DNA of 64,000 bases from Tubulanus polymorphus (lineage: Eukaryota; Animalia; Nemertea): the NCBI RefSeq assembly GCF_964204645.1, contig NC_134036.1:5796600-5860599 (forward strand). Direction: 5' to 3'. How positions within the stretch are numbered: the stretch's first letter is position 1; each line of letters opens with the position of its first letter. Below are positions 13,201 to 24,378 of this stretch, in pieces. The notes under the pieces were generated by a model. That model saw only the letters and a list, made by a program, of their open reading frames with translations, was not told the DNA's origin and did not search any database. Both the position numbers and the translations under genes were made by a program.

Positions 13201-14658
13201 CATTCTCGATAATTTCGACGATTCAGTAAAATTATGATTCGTTAATAAATACGACCTTCTCATCTTCAATAACTTTAAACGATTCAATCAATTTATGATC
13301 GGTTACTTATGACGACCTACTCATTCCCTATGACTTAAAAGTTTGATCAGTTTTTCTATTACTCTAAAAAGAGTAAAGAAACTCAGTCCCTAGTAATCAG
13401 ACTGATTGCACTAAGCTCTGATTCACCTAGTAGTCGCTATGATGTATCGTACTTACATCATGTTGGTGCATGTATGGTTGTGTCATTGGCCATTGCCCCG
13501 GGTGTTGGTGTTGATTGGCGTGTGCGTGGTTCGGATCGGTGTTCTGTAATTTCGAATCAAAATTCAGCGTTAGACAATATTATTTTCTTGATATCGTCAC
13601 ATAGCTGCGAGTAGAACAGCCGCAATGGGTTCTCGGTGAACCCCCTCTCCTCACAGCTGTAGCGGGAGAGCTGCGAGTAGAACAGTCGCAATAGGTTCAC
13701 GGTGAACCCCCTCTCCTCACAGCTGTAGCGGGAGAGCAGCGAATGGAACAAACGCAATAGGTTCTCGGTGAACCCGCTCTCCTCACAGCTGTAGCGGGAG
13801 AGCTGCGAGTAGAACAGTCGCAATAGGTTCACGGTGAACCCCCTCTCCTCACAGCTGTAGCGGGAGAGCAGCGAATGGAACAAACGCAATAGGTTCTCGG
13901 TGAACCCGCTCTCCTCACAGCTGTAGCGGGAGAGCTGCGAGTAGAACAGTCGCAATAGGTTCACGGTGAACCCCCTCTCCTCACAGCTGTAGCGGGAGAG
14001 CTGCGAGTAGAACAGTCGCAATAGGTTCACGGTGAACCCCCTCTCCTCACAGCTGTAGCGGGAGAGCTGCGAGTAGAACAGACGCAATAGGTTCTCGGTG
14101 AACCCTCTCTCCTCACAGCTGTAGCAGGAAAGCAGCGAATGGAACAAACGCAATAGGTTCTCGGTGAACCCGCTATCCTCACAGCTGTAGTGGGAGATCA
14201 GCGAGTTAAACAGGCCATTTTGGGTTCTTGTTGAACCCTCGTTCGGCTAGTCAAGCATCTTCGTTGCCGATAATCTTTAAGCTGTAGGGTTAATGATAAA
14301 CCTATCGTTTGAGTTAGTCTTACCGCGTGGCTATGAACGTAACCGATGTACGGTGGCTGTCCCTGGTGCGAGTGCTGATTCGGGTCCGCTGAAATAGCAA
14401 ACAACATATTCCGATGAATTCATGTGTTACGAAACATCGTTTAGAAAGTAAGTGTACGGCTTAAGTTATTTAATTTCGACTTTCATTGTTTACGGTCAGT
14501 CTGTTTTACTACTTATAAGAGGATGTTTTGTATCGGTACGTACGCTGTTGGTATCCCCAATCTGAAAGAGATCGAATATCATCACCATTACTACTGTAAT
14601 TATCAATATTAATATGATTATTATTGCAGCTATTGTATTTCGATGATGCAGCAATGGG

Positions 14659-14708
<50 letters not shown>

Positions 14709-15437
14709 CATTATTATTATTATTATTTTGCTATGTTTCATGTAAAACTTTAGAATATATAAATTTAAATAGTTACATAATAGAAATGACGAACTACGTA
14801 ATCGATATGATTATATCGATATACGTTTTTACGATATAACAGTAGGTTAGATATATAGGAAGCAATATTTGTATCAGACGTTACCCTAACAAAACGATAA
14901 AGAAAAAACAAACCGGAAAGAGAATAGAAAAACTGAACAAAACTCTAAATAATAATGAATTAAACACATCTGAGATATAGATATTTTGATCAAGGCTATT
15001 GGCAAATAATTCTTTTAACTGTAATTTGACATAAGTTTGATTTTCAAGCTATATTTGAAGCCGTTAATAGAGGGTGCATTGTTTAGGATTAAATCTAAAC
15101 TGTTCCCAAATTTTTTGAACATCTGCTTTTATTGAAAAGCGTTTCAAGACTAGGGCAAGATAAGCGTTGCACTCTTGTAGCGATGGAGAGCTGGGGAAAA
15201 TAATTCATCTGATTTCCTTAGCGTCTTAAGTGTTTTAAGAAGCTTATCTTATCCTATCATATTTTTTCCTATAATGTTTTCATCGAGATTTTTGTTTTTT
15301 GAAAAACTTCACGGGAACGGACGGTCGACGGAAATGACGTCACGTATTTATGCAAATCGTGCGTCACGACGACGGGTATCATACTTACACGCTTGAGCGC
15401 CAACTACCGCTAAAAGTATCAAACACGCTGCCTTCAT
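10256..15437 (-). CDS. Secreted His/Gln/Pro/Tyr-rich protein with C-terminal divergent CUB-like domain, paralogue 2 (8 coding exons, 277 aa)
   Basis: Exons 15437-15389 (MKAACLILLAVVGAQA), 14561-14544 (YWGYQQ), 14388-14324, 13543-13457, 12973-12935, 12751-12538, 10847-10726, 10495-10256. Total 834 nt, open frame, GT-AG junctions, same structure as paralogue 3. AATAAA at 10087-10092 (minus). Confidence 0.88.
12090..12490 (-). repeat. 90-bp dispersed satellite array
   Basis: Unit ctgcggtaaagttgagactggtaaaattctaccccgagttggtgtcaaatactgagtaagagtttgtgaaatacagtagactctgtctctta. Other arrays at about 18780-18960, 27630-27785, 28240-28700, 30975-31260, 33200-33460, 35325-35730 and 56860-57125. Confidence 0.9.
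13020..13340 (+). repeat. Degenerate 60-bp tandem repeat
   Basis: Unit aattatgattagttactaatgacgaccttctcattctcgataacttcaacgattcagtaa. Also at 19560-19965 (interrupted by a TIR element at about 19770-19881) and inverted at 36540-36780. Confidence 0.8.
13605..14205 (-). repeat. 66-bp minisatellite, about 9 copies
   Basis: Direct tandem repeats; explains the spurious 198-aa ORF with 22-aa periodicity. Confidence 0.92.
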
Positions 15438-16440
15438 CTAGGAAAAATAAGAACGTCTCTGATGATAACATTATGAGTCAGATGATCGTAGCCAGGTCGT
15501 AGGTTCGAATTCCGCACATTACCAGAAGATTGTCCCCACAGGACACTTACTTCAATAACGACAATAATACATTTTTAAAGATATCTCCGAAATGCAAGCC
15601 CGTGTCGGGGTTCGGGGACCGGGCGTAACGGACGAACGCCCGACAATTTTTCAAAGTGTCTTTCAAAGAATTCAGTGTAAAAAATTTTGGTTGAAGTTTT
15701 TTTTGCAAAAATTGGATATACAATGTTTTTTGTTTTTCAAATGAAAAGTCATCGATGCTCAAATGATGTATTCCGGTACACGGGCACTTCGTGTTAACCG
15801 TCCTTTTTCGAAAGGAAACCGCCCCATCTATCTTGGAATAGAATTGACCCCTCAAAAAGCACGGCACGGGCCTGAAATGCGTATATATTTGTTTCTGTAT
15901 GGACGGTTTTGGAATAAAATTGCTTGAAATTATCAGTTCATCGAAATCGTTACCAAGCTTATTTCATACGAATCTATCCGAGCAGAAATGAATTAAAAGA
16001 ATCTATAATAATATAAGGAAACTTAGAATAAATGAAACGAAATGAATTCGCGTTTATCGAAATACGTCCGAAATGACCCTCAGAGCAATTAGAATTTAAC
16101 CAACTTTAGAGCAAGTAGTCCCCCCCCCCCCGGGGCCATTTTTGCTGAAAAAGTTAGTTAAAGATGACCGGCGAATAGATATCACGGTCAAAACGGACTT
16201 CTGATTGTCAGTACGTCAACTATCCACTGGTTGACTTTCGAGCAACTGCACTGCAGTTTTTGAATTTCAGAAAATACGTCATTTCGAAAGAAATTGTCTC
16301 GATGTCATCATTTTTGCGAGTCTTCCCCCGCTCCGCTCGCGTCTTTTTCCCACCTACCTTTTTGCCGTGTGTTCAGAGCTTTTTCGTCGATTTCAGAGAA
16401 GATCGCGTTAATAATTCGATGAACTGGTTAAAATCCTCGA

Positions 16441-16770
16441 TGTGACCGAGTCGTCTCGACGCGTCGGGTTTTTATGCGCGCCCGTTCGATTTGTCACACC
16501 ACGCCCCGCGGCGGCGCGTGGTTTTTGCCGAGACACCCACCTGCGACGAGCGGCTGGCGCCCGAACATTCCATCCATCCTTGCCACACCGTAGAACACAC
16601 CTCGCCGTGAGTAAGACGCGGCGGCGACAGGTGTGCGCTCGGTGATCTACACCGAATCGCGGCCGTAATGGATTTCTCGTAGCTGGTGCGCATTGTTTTC
16701 GGCGTTATGGGTCAATTGCGCGCTGCGCAACGTGCGAAGACGCAACGCCGGCGATTTATGCGTTCTTTCT
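16441..16770 (-). promoter_or_regulatory. Conserved promoter-proximal block of paralogue 2
   Basis: About 330 bp highly similar to 24053-24378; CATAAAAA at 16476-16469, Inr-like TCACA at 16443, 5'UTR exon donor at 16358. Confidence 0.6.
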
Positions 16771-18040
16771 TTTCGCGTGAAGCCGGCCTCCCAGCTGCGG
16801 CGGCCTCCAGCGGCGAAAAGTGTCGGACTGTGAGTCCACGGTTTTCGACCTAAAAACTAAAAACTAAAAGCCGGCGGTCGTCGTCGGGCGCATTTTCGGA
16901 GCTCCGTCGTCTGAGAAACGAAATCGATTTAATCAAATCCTTTTACTTGTTTGATGTTAAATACTGCGATTAACATCAGTGGTCCATTCGCAGTTTTTTG
17001 TTTCGATTTTTTATTTTCGATATTTACAGACTTAAAACATTAGAATAATGAACTGATTCGTATTCTTAAGTCAATCTCAAGAGGAACTGGGTCCAAAACG
17101 ATTACCCCGAGTCCCAGTTCTGGTGATCATAATTCACAGCTTCTTCGGGACCGCGTGTAGCCAGGGGCCGGTTGCAGAGTCATGGCTTAGCCTTAAGACC
17201 AGTCTAAGACCAATTTAGTTCTATAGCCAATCTAACAACTTTAAGATTTAGGACCATTTTTGGATATAAAGCATGACTGGGCAACGGGCCCCAGGAAAGT
17301 AAGCAAGATTCGAAGCCATCCGTGGTTTGATATTGTCACTCCCCGTTTGACGACATCATCGAATGGGTTTTAATTAATTAGATGAATTCAATTTAATTCC
17401 CAACACTCGGACAACCTTCAATTTCGAAACTATCCCCTTCGGGCCGTTATTTGGGCCAGGATTTTCGAACTAACCGATGCCATAGGACAGAAAAACGTTA
17501 CAAATTTCGCCAATGGCGCCCGGGTAACGTGCAGCTGCAACAACGCTACTGCGGCAAGCGAGGATTCCGCGTATGGCAAGCAGAGATCCACCAGGTGTCG
17601 CTAGTAGTTACTTGGTCTTCCGCGTGAATTCATACAACATTTCAACTTGAAATCGGATGAACTTTTCTGTGAAACTGATAATATCTAATGATATCGAATG
17701 AAAACTTTCGGAAAATTAAAGCGTACTAAGTTGGCCGTACGATAATGCACGGACTAAAGAGCCTAACTAATTCAACGGAGGACCTACTATACTCGTCGCG
17801 CCATCTGGTGGCGTAGCTTGTGTAAGCAGCTCCCCGATTAACGATCCCGACATTGTACAACGTAACAAACCAGGCTAGAGTAATCTATACGCTAAACAAA
17901 TGACCTTTATTTTTCTTTTTTTTCAAAACGAAAAAGCTTCTCTTCGATAAGTTATATGCGGATGTTTTCGCGGTTCGGGCGGGCGTTCGATGTGCGACGG
18001 AATGATCGCCCGATCGCTAGTAGCCTCCGGTGTTCGGCGT

Positions 18041-21000
18041 TTAGACGCATTCGACGTTGTATTTGAGAGCCTCAGGCGGTCCGCTGGGCGCGGTGGTACC
18101 GGTGACTTTCACCTGCAACAGTTCGCCCTCGGACGTGAACGTGTCCATGGCTCCCGGTGCGCCGCACACCAAAGCGGTGTAGTCGGCGTCCTCGTTGTTG
18201 CCCTTGATGTTGATTTGGAAGCCGTCAGCGCACGGGCTGGCCGTGTTGAACGCGTACGTGACGATTGAGACTTTCACTTTCTGCAATGTCGAAAATAAGA
18301 AACGACGTTAGATAAATATAGCATCGCGATTTTCTAATAAATAGTAACGGTTTATTCATCGTTTCGAATCGCTTTTCATAATCAAATCGAGTAAACGATT
18401 TCGTTGGGTTTCGCTACGTCGTCGGATTCGAATTGCGGCTGGTTGGGGTCTGGCGTGGCAAGCAGGTTCGAATCCAGACTTTGTGTGAAACCTGGCAGAG
18501 CCTCGCGGCGTCATCGGGTTCGAATCCCGGTCACGGCGGTATTTCTGTTCGACGACGCGGGCAACCTACCTTATCATCGGCGCACGAGTAATAAGTGGTG
18601 GTGTCGACTTTGTTTTCGATGTCGCCGTAGATGACGGAAATTTCAGTGGCCGGCGTGGTCGCGTATTTGACTGTGCCTTCGGGTAATCTTGCTGAATTTG
18701 GAAAAAGAACGAGTAAACGGTGTGAATTATCATAGATGAGACACGGTAAAGCGTAGGATTAGTTTGGCCATGGTTCTTTACCGAGTGAAGAGACAGTGGT
18801 CTATTGTAAGCAGTGAAAGACGGAGTCTAATGTATTTCACAAACTCTTACTCAGTATTTGACACCAACTCGTGGTAGAATTTTACCGGTCTCAACTTTAC
18901 CGCAGTAAGAGACAGAGTCTACTGTATTTCACAAACTCTTACTCGGTCTTTGGCACCAGTCCAAATTTTATAGAGTGTTCTGCATTTCATAAACTATTGA
19001 TCAATATTTGGTTCGAAAGACTATATACTGTAAATGCTCGTCGTACTTACTGCATTTCGGTGCTGCCACTGGTTTCGGGCAGCCCGGGTGGTTAGGGTAT
19101 CGTTGGCAAACCCACGGGGCGACCGGGAACGGGTGCTGCGGTTGCGGTTGCGGCTGCGGCTGCGGGTACTGGTAGTAAGGCGGGAACTGCGGCTGTGGCT
19201 GCGGTTGCGGTTGCGGTTGCGGTTGAGGCTGCGGTTGCTGTTGTCCGTATGGTGGCCACATCGGTTGATATGGCATTTGACCCTGGAAATAGAGAATCGA
19301 AACTCGATCAATGGATGCTTTATAGGCACGCGGCTAATTGAATATTTCTCTAAGCAAAAAAATAAGGAATTAGTAGTAAGCGGGATGTTATTCACGAATT
19401 GGGGATAGTGCCCAGTGTACCGGGATAACAGTGACATTGCTCGAAGTCGAATTTGTTATGTATGTGGTGGTGAACTTACTCCAGGGTACGCTGGATGCGT
19501 GTGAGCTGGATCTGTCGACTGTATAATGAGAAAAGTATTTGATAGGCATCACGATGTTTGGTTATAGTAACAACCCAACTTCGGTGTTTCAGCAAAATTA
19601 TGATTAGTTACTTATGACGATTAGTTCATTCTCAATGACTTCAACGATTCAGCATAATTATGATTAGTCATTATGACGACCATCTCAATCTCAATAACTT
19701 CAACGATTCAGTAAAATTGTGATTAGTTACTAATGACGACCTTCTCATTCTCGATAACTTTATCGATTCCGGATCCAGTTTCACAGTCAGGAGTTAAGAT
19801 TTGACCCCCTGAGTTAACTCATTGAAAATGAACTAACTTTAACTCAGAGTTCACTCTAACTCACAACTGTGGAACTGGATACAGGACAATGCTTAATCGT
19901 TGTCACTTATAAACGACCTTCTCATTCTCAATTACAAGATTCAGTTAGATTATGATTAGTTATTATGTTACTCTGATTCACCTAGTAGTCGCTATTATGT
20001 ATTTTACTTACATCATGTTGGTGCATGTATGGTTGTGTCATTGGCCATTGCCCCGGGTGTTGGTGTTGATTGGCGTGTGCGTGGTTTGGATCGGTGTGCT
20101 GTAATCAATCAAAACAGCAGAATTAGTTGATATGTATTATATCTATCGGTATTTTTGACGCTATTGAAACCAATTCACTAACGATGTTAGATATTGAAAT
20201 TGACTTTAAACGACTGTTTGTGCACTACGTCATCAATATTGGCGTTCCAAAACATAGCTTCTGGTTGAGTTTATTGGCGTTTAATTTGAAATTGATTATA
20301 TGTCATGACTTCTATTTTTATTTTCGGTGAAATTCCATGTATTTCAAATAATGAATTCTAATGGCAGGGATGATATAGTGTAGGTGGGTGCGGACTACGT
20401 CATCGAAATTAGGGCTAGACGGTTTGCAGGTCAATACAATTCAATTGTCATTTATTGGAACAGGCACAATGGGATCTCGGTGATACCCTCTCCTCATAGC
20501 TGTAGCGGGAGAGCAGCGAATAGAACAGACGCAATAAGTTTTCAGTGAACCCCCCTCCTCACAGCTGTATAGCAGGAGAGCAAAGAAGTAGATCAGACGC
20601 AATAGGTTCTCGGTGAACCCGCTCTCCTCACAGCTGTAGCAGGAGAGCAGCGAGTAGAACAGACGCAATAGGTTCTCAGTGAACCCCCTCTCCCCACAGC
20701 TGTATAGTGGCAGAGCGGCGAGTAGATCAGACGCAATAGGTTCTCGGTGAACCCACTCTCCTCACAGCTGTAGCCGGAGAGCAGCGAGTAGAACAGAGGA
20801 TATTACCCACTGTAGCTTTCCGATGGCAATTCTTTCACCAAGGGTGAGATCAAAGCTGTATCTTGTAAATAAATCTTACCTGGTGGTTATGAACATAACC
20901 GATGTACGGAGGCTGCCCCTGGTGAGAGTGCTGATTTGGATTCTCTGAAAAAAAACAATCAAGGTTTGATCAGCATACGATAGTTTAGGCTATAAGGATT

Positions 21001-22536
21001 TGGAATTCGGGAAAACAAAACGTGCACGCAATTAAAATTAGTCGATTCAAAAGTATAGAAAAATAATGGTTATAATCACACTCACGTTGTTGGTATCCTC
21101 CCCAATCTGAAAGTAAAACATACGAAAATTAACAACGTTTTCTAGTTAGGTTCGACACGGCAGAGTGTGGCTAGCGCGTTTCCGCTAGATGGCGTGAGTG
21201 AATGTCAGTTGATTTTTAGATATTGTTTAAACGTATTTTATAGCCTCTCTCTGTATATACCATGCTTACGGTTGGGGTTTGAATGTTGATTCCTAAATTT
21301 TTCGCGCTTGTACTATTCGTTCATTTTCAAACAACGAGGACTCCGTGTCGCCAGCTTTCCCGGTAGATGGCGTGCGTATCAGTGCGACGACCCGGTCGAT
21401 ATTTAGTTCATTTTGATTTTTAGCCTCCCTCATCAGAAATTAGGCAAATAACTCCTCTGGAGTAACTCGGATGATCTTTTGGTTCGTATATAGGGTGAAT
21501 TTTACTAATCACCATTCAAAGAATTTGAGAAATGATGGATAGATTTCGATCGAATCTGAGAAGAAATCCGGGAGTTGTCGTCTGAATGCACTCTAGCGAC
21601 ACCAGGTGGATCCTCACTTGCCACACGTAAAGTCCTCATTCTGAACCGCTGTTACGAATGCAAACATAACAGTACAAATGCGCGAAAGGACACTGTTGGC
21701 CGTCGACATTTTTGTGAAATTTAATGCTAAGAATAGATAGTAAGGACATTTTCTTTAATCATCGCTTATGTTGATCGGTATAGAGTTCCGTCCTCTGGCG
21801 GAAAACCCTTAACGAATCGATAACCCGATAGATGGCGCACGGGTTGTGTATTTTGATATTTTTAACGCTTGTCACCGTTTACAGATTGCCGCTTCGATAT
21901 AAACACCGATATCAGCCGATTCGCGACCCTAAGTTGCGAAAAGTTGCGGTCGAGCAGATAGTTTGCGAAAGGATGAATTTGCAAAAATAGTTTTTTTGAA
22001 ACCATAAAAACCGTTACAATTATGTTAACATACATTGATAACTACTATGCGTTATTTTTTCGGGGTTCTGTGCGAGTCGATGTGCACTACGTCAAAAAAT
22101 ATTGCTGTTTCAAAACAACCATTGTGATTGTGAATTTGGCCTTCATTTTGTAATCAAACATCTAATCCACGGATCTAATTTCAAATTTGATGAGCTATAT
22201 TGATTTTTCGATAGGATGTGCACTACGTCATCAATATATCGGGGATAGACTGGTTGCCGGTCAATTCAATTCAATCATTGGAATATTCAAATCCAAATTA
22301 ACTGTATGCAATGGAGTGTTTTCCGTTCCGTGTCGCACGTGGTCTCGTGGTTTTTTTTTGCCGTCAATGTTTGGAGACATGCCGTATATACATAACAGCA
22401 AAACAAAATCGTATCATATTCAAATTGCGTGTCATGGCGTCACGTTTTTATGCAAATTAGGCACCATGACGTCATGCGCATACTTACACGCTTGAGCGCC
22501 TACAACGGCTAAAAGTATCAGACACGCTGCCTTCAT
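18041..22536 (-). CDS. Secreted His/Gln/Pro/Tyr-rich protein with C-terminal divergent CUB-like domain, paralogue 3 (8 coding exons, 284 aa)
   Basis: Exons 22536-22488, 21106-21086 (YWGGYQQ), 20944-20880, 20098-20012, 19518-19480, 19282-19051, 18691-18570, 18280-18041. Total 855 nt, open frame, exon phases identical to paralogue 2. AATAAA at 17906-17911 (minus). Confidence 0.88.
20475..20800 (-). repeat. 66-bp minisatellite, about 5 degenerate copies
   Basis: Same unit, same intron and same orientation as the array in paralogue 2. Confidence 0.88.
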
Positions 22537-22579
22537 CTGCAAAATAGAAATCAGAATATTTCAGTTGTCATTGACTCGT

Positions 22580-22916
22580 AATTCCTCCGCAAGGTTCGAA
22601 CCCGATGGCATCGAGAATTGCCACGGTACGAAACCCTGCCACATTAGACCGAGTGCGCAGCTACACGCGCCGCTTAGATGATGTCATTAATAGCCTATCA
22701 GATATCCTGTTTTATTTTAGCCCGGGTTTTCCCATTAATGATTCTTCCGCGAAATTTGCGTCAGCGATTTTAAAACGAGCAATCTGATTAGTGCCGCAAG
22801 TTTCCGCGCGGTTAATCTTCGCATGTACCTGCGCGCTCGGTCTAGTGCGGCAGGGGTTCGTACCGTGGCTGAGTTTAGCCATGCCATCAGATTCGGATCC
22901 CTGCCGAGGAAGGATG
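22580..22916. mobile_element. MITE, same family as 26108-26445
   Basis: Long imperfect TIRs (ggttcgaacccgatggcatc...gccatcagattcggatccctgccgaggaaggatg) in the 5'UTR intron of paralogue 3. Partial copy at about 52610-52860. Confidence 0.7.
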
Positions 22917-24052
22917 CCGTTGATTCGGTTGTTTTCACTATCGTTATCGGGCCCGAAGATCTAAAAATCACTTGCGCGCATCGTCTTTTTTGTCTTTATA
23001 AATTTATAACATCATTCAGTTTTTTTTGGATAAAATATTACAATTAAAAAAATCGAAATATTAAAAAGCGATTTTCTGTTTATGTCCTCGAAATAGAATT
23101 GCCGCTCAAAAAGCTCGGAATGCGCCTGGCCTGAGTGTACGGCCTGTTCTACCACATATTATTTATGAAATTATTTTCATCTTTTTAACTTATTACACCG
23201 AATCAATAAATATCTCGAGATGATTTATTTTTCGAACGTAAATACTTTGATTTCGGCCGATCTATATTTTCGCATACGAATAAGAGACGTACTGCGAGTA
23301 TAGATTCGAGATAAGATTCAGCTAGAATTTAAAAAATGAGTTTGTCAAAATTGCAAAATTGAAACGCATTTTGTATTCATTACTAAATTTCCTAATTTTT
23401 CGTTTTTTTTCTTGAATATATTTTTCAACCGTTATTTCGTTAGTGATGAAAACCTAAACGAATTCAACGTCCATTTCAAAAAGTTCGCGGTGCATAAGTT
23501 CGCCTGTCGGATCAAACCATCTGAAACGAACTCATTTCGACCTAAACTAAACCTAGAAAACGAATCCTGAGATATTCATATGTAACATTAACTGAAAAAA
23601 ATAAGTATTTTCTATGAAAAAATTGACAAGAAAATCTAAATAAAAGAAAGATGAAGAAAAAGAAAAATATTTTTAAAAACCAGGACATTCATGACCGCCA
23701 GAGACTGATTACAATCTCGATATTTCAGAGTCGATAAGCAAAATCGACAGTTCGTGATATAACAGTATATTAGAACAGTTCTTCGGTATTAACTTAACTC
23801 CATCATCAGGGAAACGAAGAAAAAAAAAAATGGTTTCCCCGAGTTAGAAATAAAATCATGAATTATTTACAAATGAAAGCCTCAGCTGCATAACTATAAT
23901 TTTTTTTTTCCTAGAAAAAAAAAAATATTTATATAAAGACCGTATATCTTTCTTTCTTCCATTTTTTCGAACGAATCATTTTTACGTACCATTTTTGCGA
24001 ATATTAAATCGATCGACGATCGTATTTGTTTTCGGAACGAATTAATCCTCAC

Positions 24053-24378
24053 AGTGATCGAGTCGTCCGGACGCGTCGACTTTTTATACGCGCCCGTTCC
24101 GATTTGTCACACCACGCCCCGCCCGGTGCGATCGGTTGCGGGACTCCTACGCGCCAGCGGCTGGCGCCCGAACGTTCCATCCATCCTTGCCACACCGTAG
24201 AACACACCTCGCCGTGATTAAGACGCAGCGGCGACAGGTGTGCGCGCGGTGATCTACACCGAATCGCGGCCGTAATGGATTTCTCGTAGCTGGTGCGCAT
24301 TGTTACCGGTGACACGGGTTAACTGCGCGCTGCGCTTCGTGCGAAGACGCAGCGCCGGCGATTTATGCGTTTTTCTCG
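24053..24378 (-). promoter_or_regulatory. Conserved promoter-proximal block of paralogue 3 with TATA box
   Basis: TATAAAAA at 24088-24081, TCACT Inr 33 nt downstream (24055), 5'UTR exon donor at 23990; near-identical to 16441-16770. Confidence 0.65.

Noticed and set aside
13557-14153. 198-aa Cys-repeat ORF
   Set aside because: Translation of the intronic 66-bp minisatellite; no splice sites link it to the gene and the paralogous array has frame-breaking indels.
16442-16693. Paralogous short ORFs here and at 24026-24315
   Set aside because: The similarity is better explained as conserved promoter DNA upstream of TATA/Inr; the frames differ between copies and have no splice support.
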